DNA of 64,000 bases from Nemertoderma westbladi (GCA_032718475.1 JAUCBJ010008112.1:1-64000), one strand, 5' to 3'; counted from the first letter of the stretch, positions 1 to 14,152 are shown. Notes: a model not told the origin generated them from the letters alone. Program-made: numbers and translations.

Positions 1-372
1 GAATAATACCGGTCCGTCACTATATAACGTGCACCCTTCTCGGCTGAATAAACGACATGAACAGTACCAACCTGTTGTGCATGGGGGTGGGGGTCAGTGG
101 GATTGGGGTTCTAGACTGACGAACGAAACGATAGTAGGGCCTACATGTATTTAATATTTTTAATTAGGGATGAATATTAATTCAATTAACTGAATCATTT
201 CAATGTTTTTGTTCAAACATTTAAACAATTTCACAAGGGGGTGGGGGTTTATTAGGAAACTTAAAAAACAAGCTGTAAATTACTTAATGAGTTATTATGT
301 TAATTACTATGATATTTACATTATTCATACATCAGAAAAACTTATTATTTTAATTCGAATTTAAACAACATA

Positions 373-482
373 AGCTCCGGATTGGCTCCGGGTTAATTTG
401 CCCGGAGTCGGAACCAGAGCCGGAACTAGAAAATTGGCCCGGAGCTCCGGATTTCCGGAGCCGGAGCTCTGTCGCATCCCTA
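373..482. repeat. Probable right end of a non-autonomous DNA transposon (GGAGCCGGAGC-type subterminal repeats, ending GCATCCCTA)
   Basis: Cluster of GCTCCGG/CCGGAGC motifs ending in a hAT-like terminus; the matching left end is not securely identified. Confidence 0.35.
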
Positions 483-485
483 GTG

Positions 486-3400
486 TACTGTGGAAGATCA
501 CCCATTGGTGGTGAACAGGCATTCCTTTAGGAAACGAGTGGAAGGGTTTACTGGGGAAGATCACCCATGGTGGTGAACAGGCATTCCTTTAGGAAACAGA
601 GTGGAAGGGTTTACTGTGGAAGATCACCCATGGTGGTGAACAGGCATTCCTTTAGGAAACAGAGTGGAAGGGTTTATTGTGGAAGATCACCCATGTGTGG
701 TGAACAGGCATTCCTTTAGGAAACAGAGTGGAAGGGTTTACTGTGGAAGATCACCCATTGTGGTGAACAGGCATTCCTTTAGGAAACAGGTGGAAGGGTT
801 TACTGGGGAAGATCACCCATTGTGGTGAACAGGCATTCCTTTAGGAAACAGAGTGGAAGGGTTTACTGAGGAAGATCACCCATGGTGGTGAACAGGCATT
901 CCTTTAGGAAACGAGAGTGGATGGGTTTACTGTAGAAGATCACCCATGGTGGTGAACAGGCATTCCTTTAGGAAACAGGAGTGGAAGGGTTTACTGTGGA
1001 AGATCACCCATGGCGGTGAACAGGCATTCCTTTAGGAAACAGAGTGGAAGGGTTTACTGTAGAAGATCACCCATGGTGGTGAACAGGCATTCCTTTAGGA
1101 AACAGAGTGGAAGGGTTTAGTGTGGAAGATCACCCATGGTGGTGGACAGGCATTCCTTTAGGAAACAGAGTGGAAGGGTTTACTGTGGTAGATCACCCAT
1201 GGTGGTGAACAGGCATTCCTTTAGGAAACAGAGTGGAAGGGTTTACTGTGGTAGATCACCCATGGTGTTGAACAGGCATTCCTTTAGGAAACAGAGTGGA
1301 AGGGTTTACCGAGGAAGATCACCCATGGTGATGAACAGGCGTTCCTTTAGGAAAGACAGTGGAAGGGTTTACTGTGGTAGATCACCCATGGTGGTGAACA
1401 GGCATTCTTTTGGGAAACAATGTGGAACGGGTTTACTGTCGAAGATCACCCATGGTGGTGAACACTGAACAGGCATTCCTTTAGGAAACAGAGTGGAAGG
1501 GTTTACTATGGAAAATCTCTCGTGGTGGTGAACAGGCATTCTTTCGGGAAACAGAGTGGGAGGGTTTACTGTGGAAGAGCACCCATGGTGGTGAGCAGGC
1601 AATCCTTTAGGAAACAGAGTGGAAGGGTTTACTGTGGAAGATCACACGTGGTGATGAACAGTCATTCCTTTAGGAAATAGAGTGGAAGGGTTTACTGTGG
1701 AAGTTCACCCATGGTGATGAACAAGTATTCCTTTGGGAGACAGAATGGAAGGGTTTATTGTGGAAGATCACCCATGGTGGTGTGGTGAACAGGCATTCCT
1801 TTAGGAAACAGAGTGGAAGGGTTTACTGGGGAAGATCACCCATGGTGGTGTGGTGAACAGGCATTCCTTTAGGAAACAGAGTGGAAGGGTTTACTGTAGA
1901 AGATCACCCATGGTGGTGAACAGGCATTCCTTTAGGAAACAGAGTGGAAGGGTTTACTGTGGAAGATCACCCATGGTGGTGAACAGGCATTTCTTTAGGA
2001 AACAGTAGTGGAAGGGTTTACTGTGGAAGATCACCCATGGTGGTGAACAGGCATTCCTTTAGGAAACAGGAGTGGAAGGGTTTACTGTGGAAGATCACCC
2101 ATGGTGGTGAACAGGCATTCCTTTAGGAAACGAGTGGAGGTGGAAGGGTTTACTGTGGAAGATCACCCATGGTGGGTGAACAGGCATTCCTTTAGGAAAC
2201 AGAGTGGAAGGGTTTACTGGGGAAGATCACCCATGGTGGTGAACAGGCATTCCTTTAGGAAACAGAGTGGAAGGGTTTACTGTGGAAGATCACCCATGGT
2301 GGTGAACAGGCATTCCTTTAGGAAACAGAGTGGAAGGGTTTACTGTGGAAGATCACCCATGGTGGTGAACAGGCATTCCTTTAGGAAACAGAGTGGAAGG
2401 GTTTACTGTAGAAGATCACCCATGGTGGTGAACAGGCATTCCTTTGGGAAACAGAGTGGAAGGGTTTACTGTGGAAGATCACCCATGGTGGTGAACAGGC
2501 ATTCCTTTAGGAAACAGAGTGGAAGGGTTTACCGAGGAAGATCACCCATGGTGGTGAACAGGCATTCCTTTAGGAAACACAGTGGAAGGGTTTACTGTGG
2601 TAGATCACCCATGGTGGTGAACAGGCATTCCTTTAGGAAACCGAGTGGAAGGGTTTACTGTGGAAGATCACCCATGGTGGTGAACAGGCATTCCTTTAGG
2701 AAACAGAGTGGAAGGGTTTACTGTGGTAGATCACCCATGGTGTTGAACAGGCATTCCTTTAGGAAACAGAGTGGAAGGGTTTACTGTGGTAGATCACCCA
2801 TGGTGTTGAACAGGCATTCCTTTCGGAAACAGAGTGGAAGGGTTTACCGAGGAAGATCACCCATGGTGATGAACAGGCATTCCTTTAGGAAAGACAGTGG
2901 AAGGGTTTACTGTGGTAGATCACCCATGGTGGTGAACAGGCATTCTTTTGGGAAACAATGTGGAACGGGTTTACTGTCGAAGATCACCCATGGTGGTGAA
3001 CATTGAACAGGTATTCCTTTAGGAAACAGAGTGGAAGGGTTTACTATGGAAAATCTCCCGTGGTGGTGAACAGGCATTCTTTCGGGAAACAGAGTGGAAG
3101 GGTTTACTGTGGAAGAGCACCCATGGTCGTGAGCAGGCATTCCTTTAGGAAACAGAGTGGAAGGGTTTCCTGTGGAAGATCACCCATGGTGATGAACAGT
3201 CATTCCTTTAGGAAATAGATGGAAGGGTTTACTGTGGAAGTTCACCCATGGTGATGAACAGGTATTCCTTTGGGAGACATAGTGGAAGGGTTTATTGTGG
3301 AAGATCACCCATGGTGGTGTGGTGAACAGGCATTCCTTTAGGAAACGAGTGGAAGGGTTTACTGGGGAAGATCACCCATGGTGGTGTGGTGAACAGGCAT

Positions 3401-4167
3401 TCCTTTAGGAAACAGAGTGGAAGGGTTTACTGGGGAAGATCACCCATGTGTGGTGAACAGGCATTCATTTAGGAAACAGTGGAAGGGTTTACTGGGGAAG
3501 ATCACCCATTGTGGTGAACAGGCATTCCTTTAGGAAACAGAGTGGAAGGGTTTACTGTGGAAGATCACCCATGGTGGTGAACAGGCATTCCTTTAGGAAA
3601 CAGAGTGGAAGGGTTTACTGTGGAAGATCACCCATGGTGGTGAACAGGCATTCCTTTAGGAAACAGAGTGGAAGGGTTTACTGTGGAAGATCACCCATGT
3701 GTGGTGAACAGGCATTCCTTTAGGAAACAGAGTGGAAGGGTTTACTGTGGAAGATCACCCATGGTGTTGGTGAACAGGCATTCCTTTAGGAAACAGAGTG
3801 GAAGGGTTTACTGTGGAAGATCACCCATGTGTGGTGAACAGGCATTCCTTTAGGAAACAGAGTGGAAGGGTTTACTGTGGAAGATCACCCATGGTGGTGA
3901 ACAGGCATTATTTTGGGAAACAGAGTAGAAGGGTTTACTGTGGAAGATCACCCATGGTGGTGAACAGGCATTCCTTTAGGAAACAGAGTGGAAGGGTTTA
4001 CTGTGGAAGATCACCCATGGTGGTGAACAGGCATTCCTTTAGGAACAGAGTGGAAGTGGTTTACTGTGGAAGATCACCCAAGGTGTTGAACAGGCATTCC
4101 TTTAGGAAACAGAGTGGAAGGGTTTACTGTGTAAGATCACTCATGGTAGTGAACAGGTATTCCTTTC
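486..4167. repeat. 63-bp tandem satellite, roughly 58 units, intronic
   Basis: Unit TACTGTGGAAGATCACCCATGGTGGTGAACAGGCATTCCTTTAGGAAACAGAGTGGAAGGGTT repeated head-to-tail. The ORF-track hits here are 21-aa periodic translations of it. Confidence 0.97.
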
Positions 4168-4257
4168 GAAGTCGAAGGATTTATTGTCAGAAATGTATAA
4201 ATTATTTATATTATTTTCTTCAGAAAAACTTTATTTCTCATCATATAATTTTTCCAG

Positions 4258-4422
4258 GTTCGATTCCCGTCTCATTTCACCGCCGATCTCAAAGAGTTGC
4301 TTCGCAGTCTCCTCCAGGTCGACCTCACCAAGCGCTTCGGCAATCTTAAGAACGGCGTCAATGACATCAAAAACCACAAATGGTTCCAAACCATTGATTG
4401 GATCAGTATCTATCAGAAGAAG
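4258..4422 (+). CDS. PRKACA: cAMP-dependent protein kinase catalytic subunit, penultimate coding exon (165 bp)
   Basis: tttccag|...|gtgagt splice sites. Translates [55 protein letters not shown], nearly identical to PKA-C. The symbol denotes the PKA-C family; the paralogue cannot be resolved. Confidence 0.96.
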
Positions 4423-4629
4423 GTGAGTTATAGTTAATAAAGATCAATACCATGATGTTCTATACAAAAATACTAAATGTATCGATCTGTGATTACATTA
4501 TTAATTAAAATGGAACGGCTCAAACTATTACAACTTGATGAAATAGTTTATGGAACTATTGTCATATTTAAAATAAACCATAGCGTACATTATATTTGAA
4601 CTACTATAAATTCCGTATGTAAGATTCTT

Positions 4630-4960
4630 GTGGGGCGAGCCATGAAGTTAGTTAGCGGAGCCTTAACGAACTGACACTGTTAAGGGTGTGGGTTAATTTT
4701 TGTCTTTGTCGTTGTCGTCGTCGTTACGATTTTGACATGCTAATAACTTTGTCGGATTTAAGGCTGTCGAGTAGAAACCACGTGGCATCAATATGACCAA
4801 AAGTTGAGATTTTTAGAGACTTTCACACACCATCAGTTCAACAGTTTCCCGCTAGAGGACTACATGTCTAAACATTAAATATCCGCCCATTACTTTGATT
4901 TTAATCTGTCCAAGCTGAAACTATAGATATATATTATACCATTATCAGCTGTGTCTTTAA
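4630..4960 (-). mobile_element. Helentron/HINE-like non-autonomous repeat fragment
   Basis: Starts TGTGGGGCGAGC (reverse complement of the GCTCGCCCCACA end seen at ~56660) followed by a (GTC)n microsatellite. The inner boundary is approximate. Confidence 0.4.
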
Positions 4961-5529
4961 ACTGAGGCTAATCCGAAGGCAGTTAGTCCCGCTGCCACCA
5001 TTACGGCAACCGAACACATCCCCCTATGGGATTCCTTATATGACATGCATTGTGTTTTATCATCGTATAATCTCTTTGTAAACCCACATTTTAGAATATA
5101 TAATTAATTGCATTTCTTGTTTTTATTTAATAAATACCGGCTTGTCCGTGCTTGCTACTGGTAAAATATAGTTCAGTCGCGACATATTGATTGATATCTT
5201 AAAAGTGCCACTAACAATTATTTATCTTACAGTCCCATATAGCGAGCTGTATTATAGTGTACATTATAAACATAACTACGACATTATTACCAATTCCCTG
5301 TTCTATTTGAACAAATTTACATTCCTTTGTATTTCATATTCATAAAATTGCCTATCTGTTTGTCTCTTATTGACACAAGTTTCAGGATATAAGATCGCTC
5401 TTTAAATCCCGACGGGAGAAAAACTTAATGTTTTTTTCTTCATGTGATTTACATTTTTTCCAGAGAAAAGGTGCAGCGAAACCGTATAGCACATGGGACA
5501 TTTTTATGTACCGGAATACTGCAGGCCAG

Positions 5530-6090
5530 TACACGTACGTGGGGACTTCGCGCAGCACCAAGTCCAGATGAGCCTTTGCGTAGAGGTACAATTAGTGAAC
5601 CTAGTCATTCGCCCCCTAGCGGCAGACATAGGAACTGTAAAAGTCTGTCTGTCAGCAGAATTTATTTATTCAGCAATGCCCATAGGTTACTCCTACCAAA
5701 TTGCAGATTAATCTGATGGTTGGTTCTAGAATTTTTTGTAAATTTATTTGGTTGAGTGATTAATACCAGTACTTCATGTTATTTCGTTGTGCGAGCGCCC
5801 TGGTCACTAAGTATAGGCGCTATATAAATAACATATTATTATAATTACAGCTACTTTTACGTTTATGTCAATTCGCCCCCTAGCGACAGACAGATTAAAT
5901 ACACAAGTCTGTCTCTCTGTAAAATTTTTAAATTTTTGTTAGACTACATGTGTACCAAGTTTAGTTCCATTTCATCCGAGATTGACTGATTTATTAGCGT
6001 TCAAAAATTTACAATGACGACGACGACAGACGGGTCCAATAATTATACCCGTTGGCTAAGGCTCACCTGGACTTACGTGGCTAGCCCCAC
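5530..6090 (+). mobile_element. Helentron/HINE-like interspersed repeat
   Basis: An inverted copy lies at ~57373-57765 (shared spurious ORF MSLCVEVQLVNLVI). Contains a GACGACGACAGAC microsatellite and a 3' GCTAGCCCCACA end. The family assignment is inference. Confidence 0.55.
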
Positions 6091-6699
6091 AAACGACAGT
6101 CAGTGGCATCATGGAATAGGCTTCTACCTTCTACAGTAATTAATAGTAATCTGTGTAATTTTATCAAACTGTCATTCATCAGACAATCACAGAATCATAC
6201 TACTGGTTTATTTTATAGTGAATTACTCTTGCTTGTTAATTTATATTGGCCTAGCTAGCTGGTGTTCGGCAGGGAAAAAAGTTTTTTTATTTCTCGTGTA
6301 ATTAATTAGTTATATCCTGCTTGGTCAACCAACTGGTTTTCAGGACTCGCTGATATCAATCAGCACGTATTTCATAAAACCGTATCTCTTAAAAATTCAT
6401 AAATATTTGTTCTTTCAACCGGAAACACTTCAGCTACGATATCGGAACTAAGGATTCATTGGGATGGGAGGCGGCGGTGGGGGTGCGGGGGGGGGGGGGG
6501 GGTGTGGTAGTATTATTGTAAGGGGCTGTAATCAGAAATATACCCATTTATTTATTGTTGTTATTAATTAATTGCTATTACTCCTTTCCATTTTTAGCTG
6601 ATTTTCTATTGTAGTTTTGCTTTGCGCAGCTCTCGTATTCACGATATGCCATAATTTTACCTTTTCTTACATTCAAACAATACAAAAATCTGGAAGTTA

Positions 6700-7509
6700 G
6701 GACAATTCCAACCCGGACAATTCCGACCCGGACAATTCCGACCCGGGCATTCCGACGCGAACAATTCCGACCCACTCAGAGATCGAATTAAATTTTCATG
6801 GTCGGAATTGTCCGGGTCGGAATTTTTCTAGGTCGGAATTGTCCGGATCCAACTAAAAAAAATAATTAATATAAATTACCGGTAATAAATAACATAAAAT
6901 ATGTGTTCTAGAACACTAATATTTTTCTTAATTAATAGCTAATATATTTTAGAACATTTTAAAAAAAGTAGCAAAAACTAGTTTTAAAATTTTGGTGGGG
7001 GGTGTGCCCAAAACACACTACTAGTACCGATACGGAATTTATTCAATTCGAAAAATACTATTCAACTATAAAATTACATAGCAAACATGTGTAGAACGAA
7101 GAATATCCATGCACACAGCAATCTTACGTTGAATAATAAAACAATATAATGTTACATGGAATTTTTATTTATTATTATTATTTTTATTTAATTATTTGGG
7201 TCGGAATTGTCCTATGCCGACCCGGACAATTCCGACCCAAGAAAATTTCATTTGATCTCTGAATGGGTCGGAATTGTCCGGGTCGCAATTTTCCGGGTCG
7301 GAATTGTCCGTGTCGGAATTGCCCGGGTCGGAATTGCCCTGGTCGGAATTGTCCGGGTCGGAATTGTCCGGGTCGCAATTTCCGGGTCGGAATTGTCCGG
7401 GTCGGAATTGTCCGTGTCGGAATTGTCCGGATCGCAATTGTCCGGATCGCAATTGTCCGGATCGCAATTGTCCGGATCGCAATTGTCCGGGTCGCAATTC
7501 TCCGTACAC
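6700..7509. repeat. Foldback-like element built from 15-bp units (GGACAATTCCGACCC / GGGTCGGAATTGTCC) in inverted arrays
   Basis: Arrays at ~6700-6850 and ~7197-7500 face each other and share an inverted unique spacer (CCGACCCACTCAGAGATC vs GATCTCTGAATGGGTCGG). Confidence 0.8.
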
Positions 7510-7617
7510 CAAAAATCTGCCCGCTTAGTGTGTTTCAAGGTTCAATTATTTTAGTACCCAAAGTTTACCAATATGCCCATTATTTACCACCAAGCACTTT
7601 ACACGTTATCTCCCTAG

Positions 7618-7743
7618 GTTGAACCCCCGTTTGTACCGAAGACCAAAGGGCCCGGCGACTCATCCAACTTCGACGACTACGAGGAAGAAGATCTCAGGAT
7701 CTCGTCAAGCGAGAAATGCCCCCGAGAGTTTGGCGATTTCTAG
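7618..7743 (+). CDS. PRKACA: cAMP-dependent protein kinase catalytic subunit, last coding exon
   Basis: ccctag| acceptor; translates [44 protein letters not shown] (AGC C-terminal tail, FDDY motif, terminal FxxF). Phase 0 matches the previous exon. Confidence 0.96.
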   Translation, partial: VEPPFVPKTKGPGDSSNFDDYEEEDLRISSSEKCPREFGDF

Positions 7744-10700
7744 ACGTCGGGAGGCTTCCGCAGGGACTCAACACGAGGCGCGACACTATTGGACGCTGAC
7801 CTATGTAGACCCACCCCATGGAACAGTGTTGCCTAGTAACGCGCGTGGTCCTTCGGTCACGCGATCCTCATACCCCAGGTGTAGTCTGTCACTTATAATA
7901 GTTGAGTCTATATCGATATAGTTTGATAACCATTTAGTTTATATTTTGTATTATAAATATATTATTATGTGACAATGCGTTCGACTAATAATATAGCTAT
8001 ACATACTAATGTTTGTTATATGCGAGCTGCTTTATATATCTCGTGTGTGCCCAATATACTGTAGACTGTAGATCTAGTTCTCTAAATATTGATAGATACA
8101 TTTTTCGTGCCTCTATATTTAATTCAGTCCGTTATCAACTAGTAATGAGTTTCATCATTATTTTATATACAATCTGATATTATTATAGTGCTAATTGCTT
8201 CCTAAATTATTATTCTAGTATATCTAAAACATGTGTGGCTCGCACCTTCTTTCTACCGTGCGATCTCTTTATCCCTCTAAAACCGACAATCGCGTGGCTG
8301 TTTTCTGTCTGCTATATTTTTGTTTACTTTTAAGCGAGTTATATTTCTTTACGCTCGTTTGTATGTATTCCAAACACATAGGTTGACGTGTTGAAATTAA
8401 TTTCGTATTTTGGAACAATCGGATTTTATGTTAATTTTTTACATTTTATGATTTTGTGGCAAATGTATACTGATGGGACACAGAATATTCTGACACTAAA
8501 CGAAATGTTTCAACCTCTCATTGAATATCAGAATAAGTTATGGATAACCGTCTAACACAGATTTCTGCAGGAAATGTCACTCTCTTCGCTCGTTCATGTA
8601 AATATTCGCACTCCAGATAATAAACCTTACTTTACACTATAATGAATAGTTAATTGTTTATATAAATATATTGCGTGTACATTCAGTTTGAGCTGATGAA
8701 TATATTTGCCGAATATTAAACTGCGGATATGTAAATATTTTGAAATAATATATAACAGAACAACCTTATTACCTTATACGTACAACCTTATACATAATCC
8801 TATTTCAAACAGGGTCAATCGATAATATTCCAGGGTCTAAAACATAATTCACGAGTTAAAGCGTTTTTATTAATTCAACGATTTTTTCCGGATCGTTTTA
8901 TTGCAGACTGTCCTTTGATAACTCGAATAATAATATTTAAATGAAAGCTCTATGGGGTCGTAGTGAATTGTTTTCAATATCGCATCAAACGTATAACAAT
9001 ATCGACACGCATGGGTGTGAATTATTAGATGTACATAATATATTATTAACTTATGTGCTTAGTCCATTATTTATTGTGCCGTTTCTAATTGCGAAACGTT
9101 ATTTTTCGTCTGTCAGTGTTACAGTAGAAATTCTTTGTTATGTTTTTTGGTTATTTAAAACGAGGTCTCTGTTTTTTCTACTTTTAGGGATGTGGACTGA
9201 TTGATAGCTTTGTATTTGAATCGCTTCGCTTTAATTTAAAAAATACACAAATTTTATTGGTCGTTTTATCGCAGATGAAAAAAAGCTAAATTATAAAAAA
9301 TTAAATACAACCCTGATGATGTAAGATTGTCACTTTTGGTGACAATTTGAAGTTATACAATTTTTAGTAAATCGGCCAGCCATACAAATATTAAAAAATT
9401 TACCTAACAAAAAATGTAGCAAACTAAAATCAATTTAAATTACTATTTTTCATGTTCTCTGATAGTAAACTATAGTCTCAAACTAGAGATACGACAATGA
9501 TATAGTTTAAATTGTAAAAATAAACATTATGTTAGATACTTATTAATTAATAAATATGTCGGTAATAAAGATAATTTATATATATCAATTAATAATAATC
9601 TAACATTTAAGATGTTATAAAAATAATTCATTATTTGTATCTTAAATATATTGGTAGTCATTTCATTAATCAGTGCATGTTTATACTTTATTTTCACTGG
9701 TTGTGTTTCAATAACAGGGATGTGTCTGGGTGTAGTATCATCATGTTTGTTATAATTTAATTAATTACTGTCAGTTATAATTGATCAATACTAGAGAGAC
9801 ACTGTGAGACGCCTTTTTTCACCATCTGTAATTTTGTAATTGGTGCAATAGTTAAGCATTTTTTGGTTATATTAGCGCTCACACCCATAGTATATAGTTA
9901 CTCGCGCACCTAACTCACAACTGCTTTTATTGAATTACGTTTGCTATTTTGTTGGTTGTGGGACCGGTTTTCAGTTTGTTAGCTCACGTACTTAAATTTG
10001 TTCAATTTGTTAACCACCTGTGTAGCGCTAATAAATTAAATCTCATTTCAAAGTTCTTTTGGCCTCATTTCCGTCTATTTTATTTCAGCGCCACCCATGG
10101 GTCCCCGTGTGTAGGAGGTCTGGTTACAGAAAGTTCAAAATTAATTTCATTTTTAATTTATACTCTAAATACTGGATTGTAAACCTCAATCTACTTTATT
10201 CCCGGTGTTACTGCTGGTTTATGGCAGATGGAAACAAACATACACACTCAGATATATAGATACATACATAGGCCTACAGGTACCAAAACTTTTGATAAGG
10301 TTATGTTATAAAATATTCTATCATTTTTTATCGTAGTAGCTTTCTTTACACTCGCTCTTTACGTTCGTTCTTGTAATAAACCACTCGGATTTCGGATTAG
10401 ATCAAAGTAAAGTATTACTTTATACTCCATATACATATAATAGTTACACCACATAGGGTAGAACCTGCAACCTGCCGTTTGTAGGTTGTTTTATAAGCCA
10501 CATAAATCAATTAAAATTTTGTAATTTTATCGATAGTATATAATGGAGATAAAGTGAGTAAACCAATACAATGGTTGTTAATACGTAATTAATTAATACA
10601 CTAATTTGGCCTTCGGATAAAGAAAATAAGTTCATTTATAATAATGGGTTAGACCCTTTTTAATCTCAACATAACTGTTGCAGAAGTCGTGATATAGCCT

Positions 10701-11093
10701 ACATTGAGATGGACCCGTCATAAGTAATAGACTGATTATCTTAATAAAATAAAATAAAAACGATTGCCCATTTATTGATCTTGCCAATAAGCAGATTTAA
10801 TTAACTAACTGAGGATTCCATATTTAAGTTGTACGGATGAGTGAGTCATACTTTTCCTGCGTTCTGGGCAACTACACATATTGGAAAACAATTACAATCA
10901 CTGGATTCTAATAATTATTATCATGAACTACATACATACCGGTACTGTAGTACTCTCTGTCGATAGTCGATAGTCACCCGATAAACTGAATTGATGCGTT
11001 TTCTCACATTTTATGAATAAACTAGAAAAGCCAGCAAGCTGTTGTAAACGAAACTGCCTAAACTTTAAATCGAAATTTAATATTAAACAAAAA

Positions 11094-11162
11094 GACCTCA
11101 TCCAGGATCGAACCCACCACTTTCCCATCCGCTAAGTCCTGTGCTTTACGTAGTGAGCTAGC
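11094..11162 (-). repeat. tRNA-derived fragment (SINE head or tRNA pseudogene)
   Basis: Minus strand reads GCTAGCTCACTACGTAAAGC...GGTTCGATCCTGG...TTTTT, i.e. A-box-like, B-box and T-run; no intact cloverleaf. Confidence 0.5.
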
Positions 11163-11199
11163 AGAGATAAATCATTGAAATAATCACCAGAACAACAAG

Positions 11200-13055
11200 T
11201 ATTACATACAAGATTTGTAGCAAAGATTGCTACAATGAACGCACGCACGCTGAAAGCACTTACCAAACAGGGTGACATGGTCGCTCTGGCAATGGAATAT
11301 AACATCGACATCATCTGCATCCAAGAACATCGGATTTGTCATGAAGACACTGCCATGAAGTACAATGACATTGGAAATGGATGGACGTTAGTAACAAGCT
11401 CAGCAGTAAGAAACTGCTAAGAATTATGCTAAGCCCATTTGTACTTAAGACCATAAACAACATCGAATCTATAAATTCCAGGGTTATGATCGCAACATTT
11501 GATGGGAATCCCAAGGCAACAGTTATATGCTGCTACAGTCCAACCAATGCCTCAGAGCCAGAACAAGCAGTCAAGTTTTATGAAGAACTGACTGGACTTA
11601 TTAAGTACATTCCGAAACACAATGTTAAAGTCATTTCTGGTGACCTGAATGCGCAAATTGGCCCAGAAGACATCAAGGGTTACACCTACTGTATAACACC
11701 AGTTCTAACAGAAATGGGTACTTACTTTTAGACCTAATGAAAGAATGTGAATTGATACCAACAAACAACATGGAACCAAAGCACAACTGGATTACATCCT
11801 TATAAACAAAAAGTGGAGAAACAGCATGATCAACTGCGAGGCATACAGCTCGTTCAACCTAATTGGTTCGGACCACAGAATTGTGACTGCAGAGATCAGA
11901 CTCAGTTTGAGAACCAGCAAACCCAGGACAAGCAAGCAAATCAACTATGACTGGGAGAAACTCAGAACTGACAATGCTGTAAAGGATGCTTATACAGTAG
12001 AAGTTCAAAACCGCTTTGAAGCACTTCAGTCAATGGATGAAGACCAATCCACCGATTCAATATACCAGAATATAATAACAGCCCACAAGGAATCAGCTAA
12101 GAGGCATATCCCCCAGAAGCCCAAACGAAAACAGTATGTGCCATGGCAAAACTCTGAGGATACTTGTAAGAGAGAAGATCTTAAGATAGCCTACAAAGTT
12201 AAAACCGAACAACCAACAACCGAAAACATTAACAAGGTTGAGAAAGCTAAGGACGATCTTAAATTGGCCTACAACATCAGCCAGGAAAAGTACATACGGG
12301 ATAAAACTGAAGCAATTATTACAACTGCTCACATACAGCAACAATCAAGACTTACCTGGCAAACTGTAAATGAGGTATCTGGTCGGAAACGTTGTGCAAA
12401 GGGGCGCCTCAAAGCCGATAATCCTGAAGAACGTGTTAGGAAGAGGAAAAATCACTTCAGCAACTTGCTTGGGCATCCACCAAACATCGAGGTCAGCCCT
12501 ACAAGGAAAATATATGACAAGACACTACCTATAGAAACAGGGGACTTCACACCTGCCGAACTCCAAAGAAGCATTAAAAGCATGTCCAATAATAAAGCGA
12601 GTGGATTAGATGAAATCCCAACGGAGGTATGGAAAACCGGAGTGCTAAACAGACCATTATTGAATGTTTGCAACCGGATGTTAAAAGGGGAAAAGCCACC
12701 ACCAATTTGGACTAAAGGTCAACTAAAGCATCTCCCCAAGAAAGGAGACCTCGGCATACCAACAAACTATCGAGGGATCTATCTGCTTGTGGTAGCTGCC
12801 AAAATATACAATAAAATGTATTGAGATAGAGGTAAAATGCTTGAAATCCTAAGAGCTTATGGAATACCAGAAGTAATTGTTACTGGCATTGGATTGCTAT
12901 ATTGTGACACAGAAACGCAGGTACTCTCACCAGATGGTGAAACTGAGTTTTTCTCAATCCTGGCTGGCGTACTGCTAGGTGAAACATTAGCACCATTACT
13001 ATTTGTAATTGTGCTGGATTACGCAATGAGGACGGCCACAAAGGGTGAAGATCTG
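11200..13055 (+). mobile_element. Decayed non-LTR retrotransposon (RTE-like; APE endonuclease plus partial RT)
   Basis: APE motifs ATMNARTL, DIICIQEHR, YSPT, GDLNAQIG, SDHRIV; RT motifs KKGDL..NYRGI and GVLLGETLAPLLF. Frameshifts and an internal deletion near 12824; ends abruptly at the element A LTR. Confidence 0.9.
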
Positions 13056-14152
13056 TGTTCGCGCTTTCAGACCTTTAGCAGTTTAACCTGCCAATTTTAG
13101 TTGTCCTCTTGTTTATAAATCGACTTTAGCCCTTACCAATTACCTGGTGTACTGAAGTTACATCTGCCGAAGCCAGTCCGTGCGCGGCGTATGACCCACG
13201 GTGTGGGAGACTGGATTCGGATTCCTTGGGAAGTATTGCAGTGTAGACCTACTGTATTATTCGATTGATCGCTACTATATAATCTCTGACAACTATATTT
13301 ACTTTCGGGGAAATATTAACAGTTCCTTTAGGACGTGGCGCTTTAAGTATAAAAACAGAGTTATGACTTATACTAATCACAACTAGATGGCCACAGAGTT
13401 TCGTAAATAGCGCATTCTTTAGGAGATGCTTTATTAACCTTCACACTACTTCACATGACTTTACACTACTTCACACTAATTTGCCGACCGTCACTGAATT
13501 TGATCATATATAAGGAGGATTGCAACTGACACACGTAGGGATTATGAAATAGCATTTAATTCACACAAAACCACTATAATTTAACTCGCAGTTGCTACCG
13601 GTAGACTCTATTCCTCTTACCTCAGTAATCAATAAGATTGAGGGGTTTATGATTATTTATCGGTATTCTCCAAATATAACATCAACATCCATTAATATAA
13701 CAACAATTAATACTATAAAACAGAAGTAAAATAGTGCGGTGAAATGAGTTAAGTAAGTAATGTATACAAATGTGAGATGAAATACAGGTGACAAGTTAAT
13801 AGATTTACGTTCTTATAACCAAGGCCATCAGATGTTCCTAGGCTAAAGTCTGAAACTTCCGTACAGAAGCACAGAATTCTGAGTTGGTTCTAATTCTCAG
13901 AAATAATAATAAAGACCATAATGCATTGCGAGTTTCTTAGATAGGGTTCTGTTAGCCGTAAAGTTAAAATTGCTCTGATTGGCTGAATAAGACAGAACAA
14001 AGAACTTCCAAGTACACAAAGAATCAGCTGACAGATTTCGTCATCCTGGTTCCAATTCCTTTCTGACGCATAGTTGAATAATTTTAGGGCTATTTTAGAG
14101 TATTCTGCGCATTGCGTAAAAATGACTTGTTATGTCCGCAAAAGCTTTTACA
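13056..14152 (-). mobile_element. 3' LTR of BEL/Pao element A (~1.1 kb, TG...CA)
   Basis: On the minus strand it begins TGTAAAAGC after a purine tract (GGGAGCAG) and ends GCGCGAACA. It aligns from end to end, in blocks, with 58384-59487. Confidence 0.85.

Noticed and set aside
486-4167. CRISPR array, or a protein gene encoded by the 63-bp repeat ORFs
   Set aside because: No unique spacers, eukaryotic intron context, and frequent frameshifting indels between units.
486-4167. Satellite-encoded hammerhead ribozyme
   Set aside because: No CTGANGA core on either strand of the consensus unit.
7184-7622. Repetitive ORFs (RPGQF, GIVRV, DPDNS)
   Set aside because: Translations of the 15-bp DNA repeat, open in several frames on both strands.
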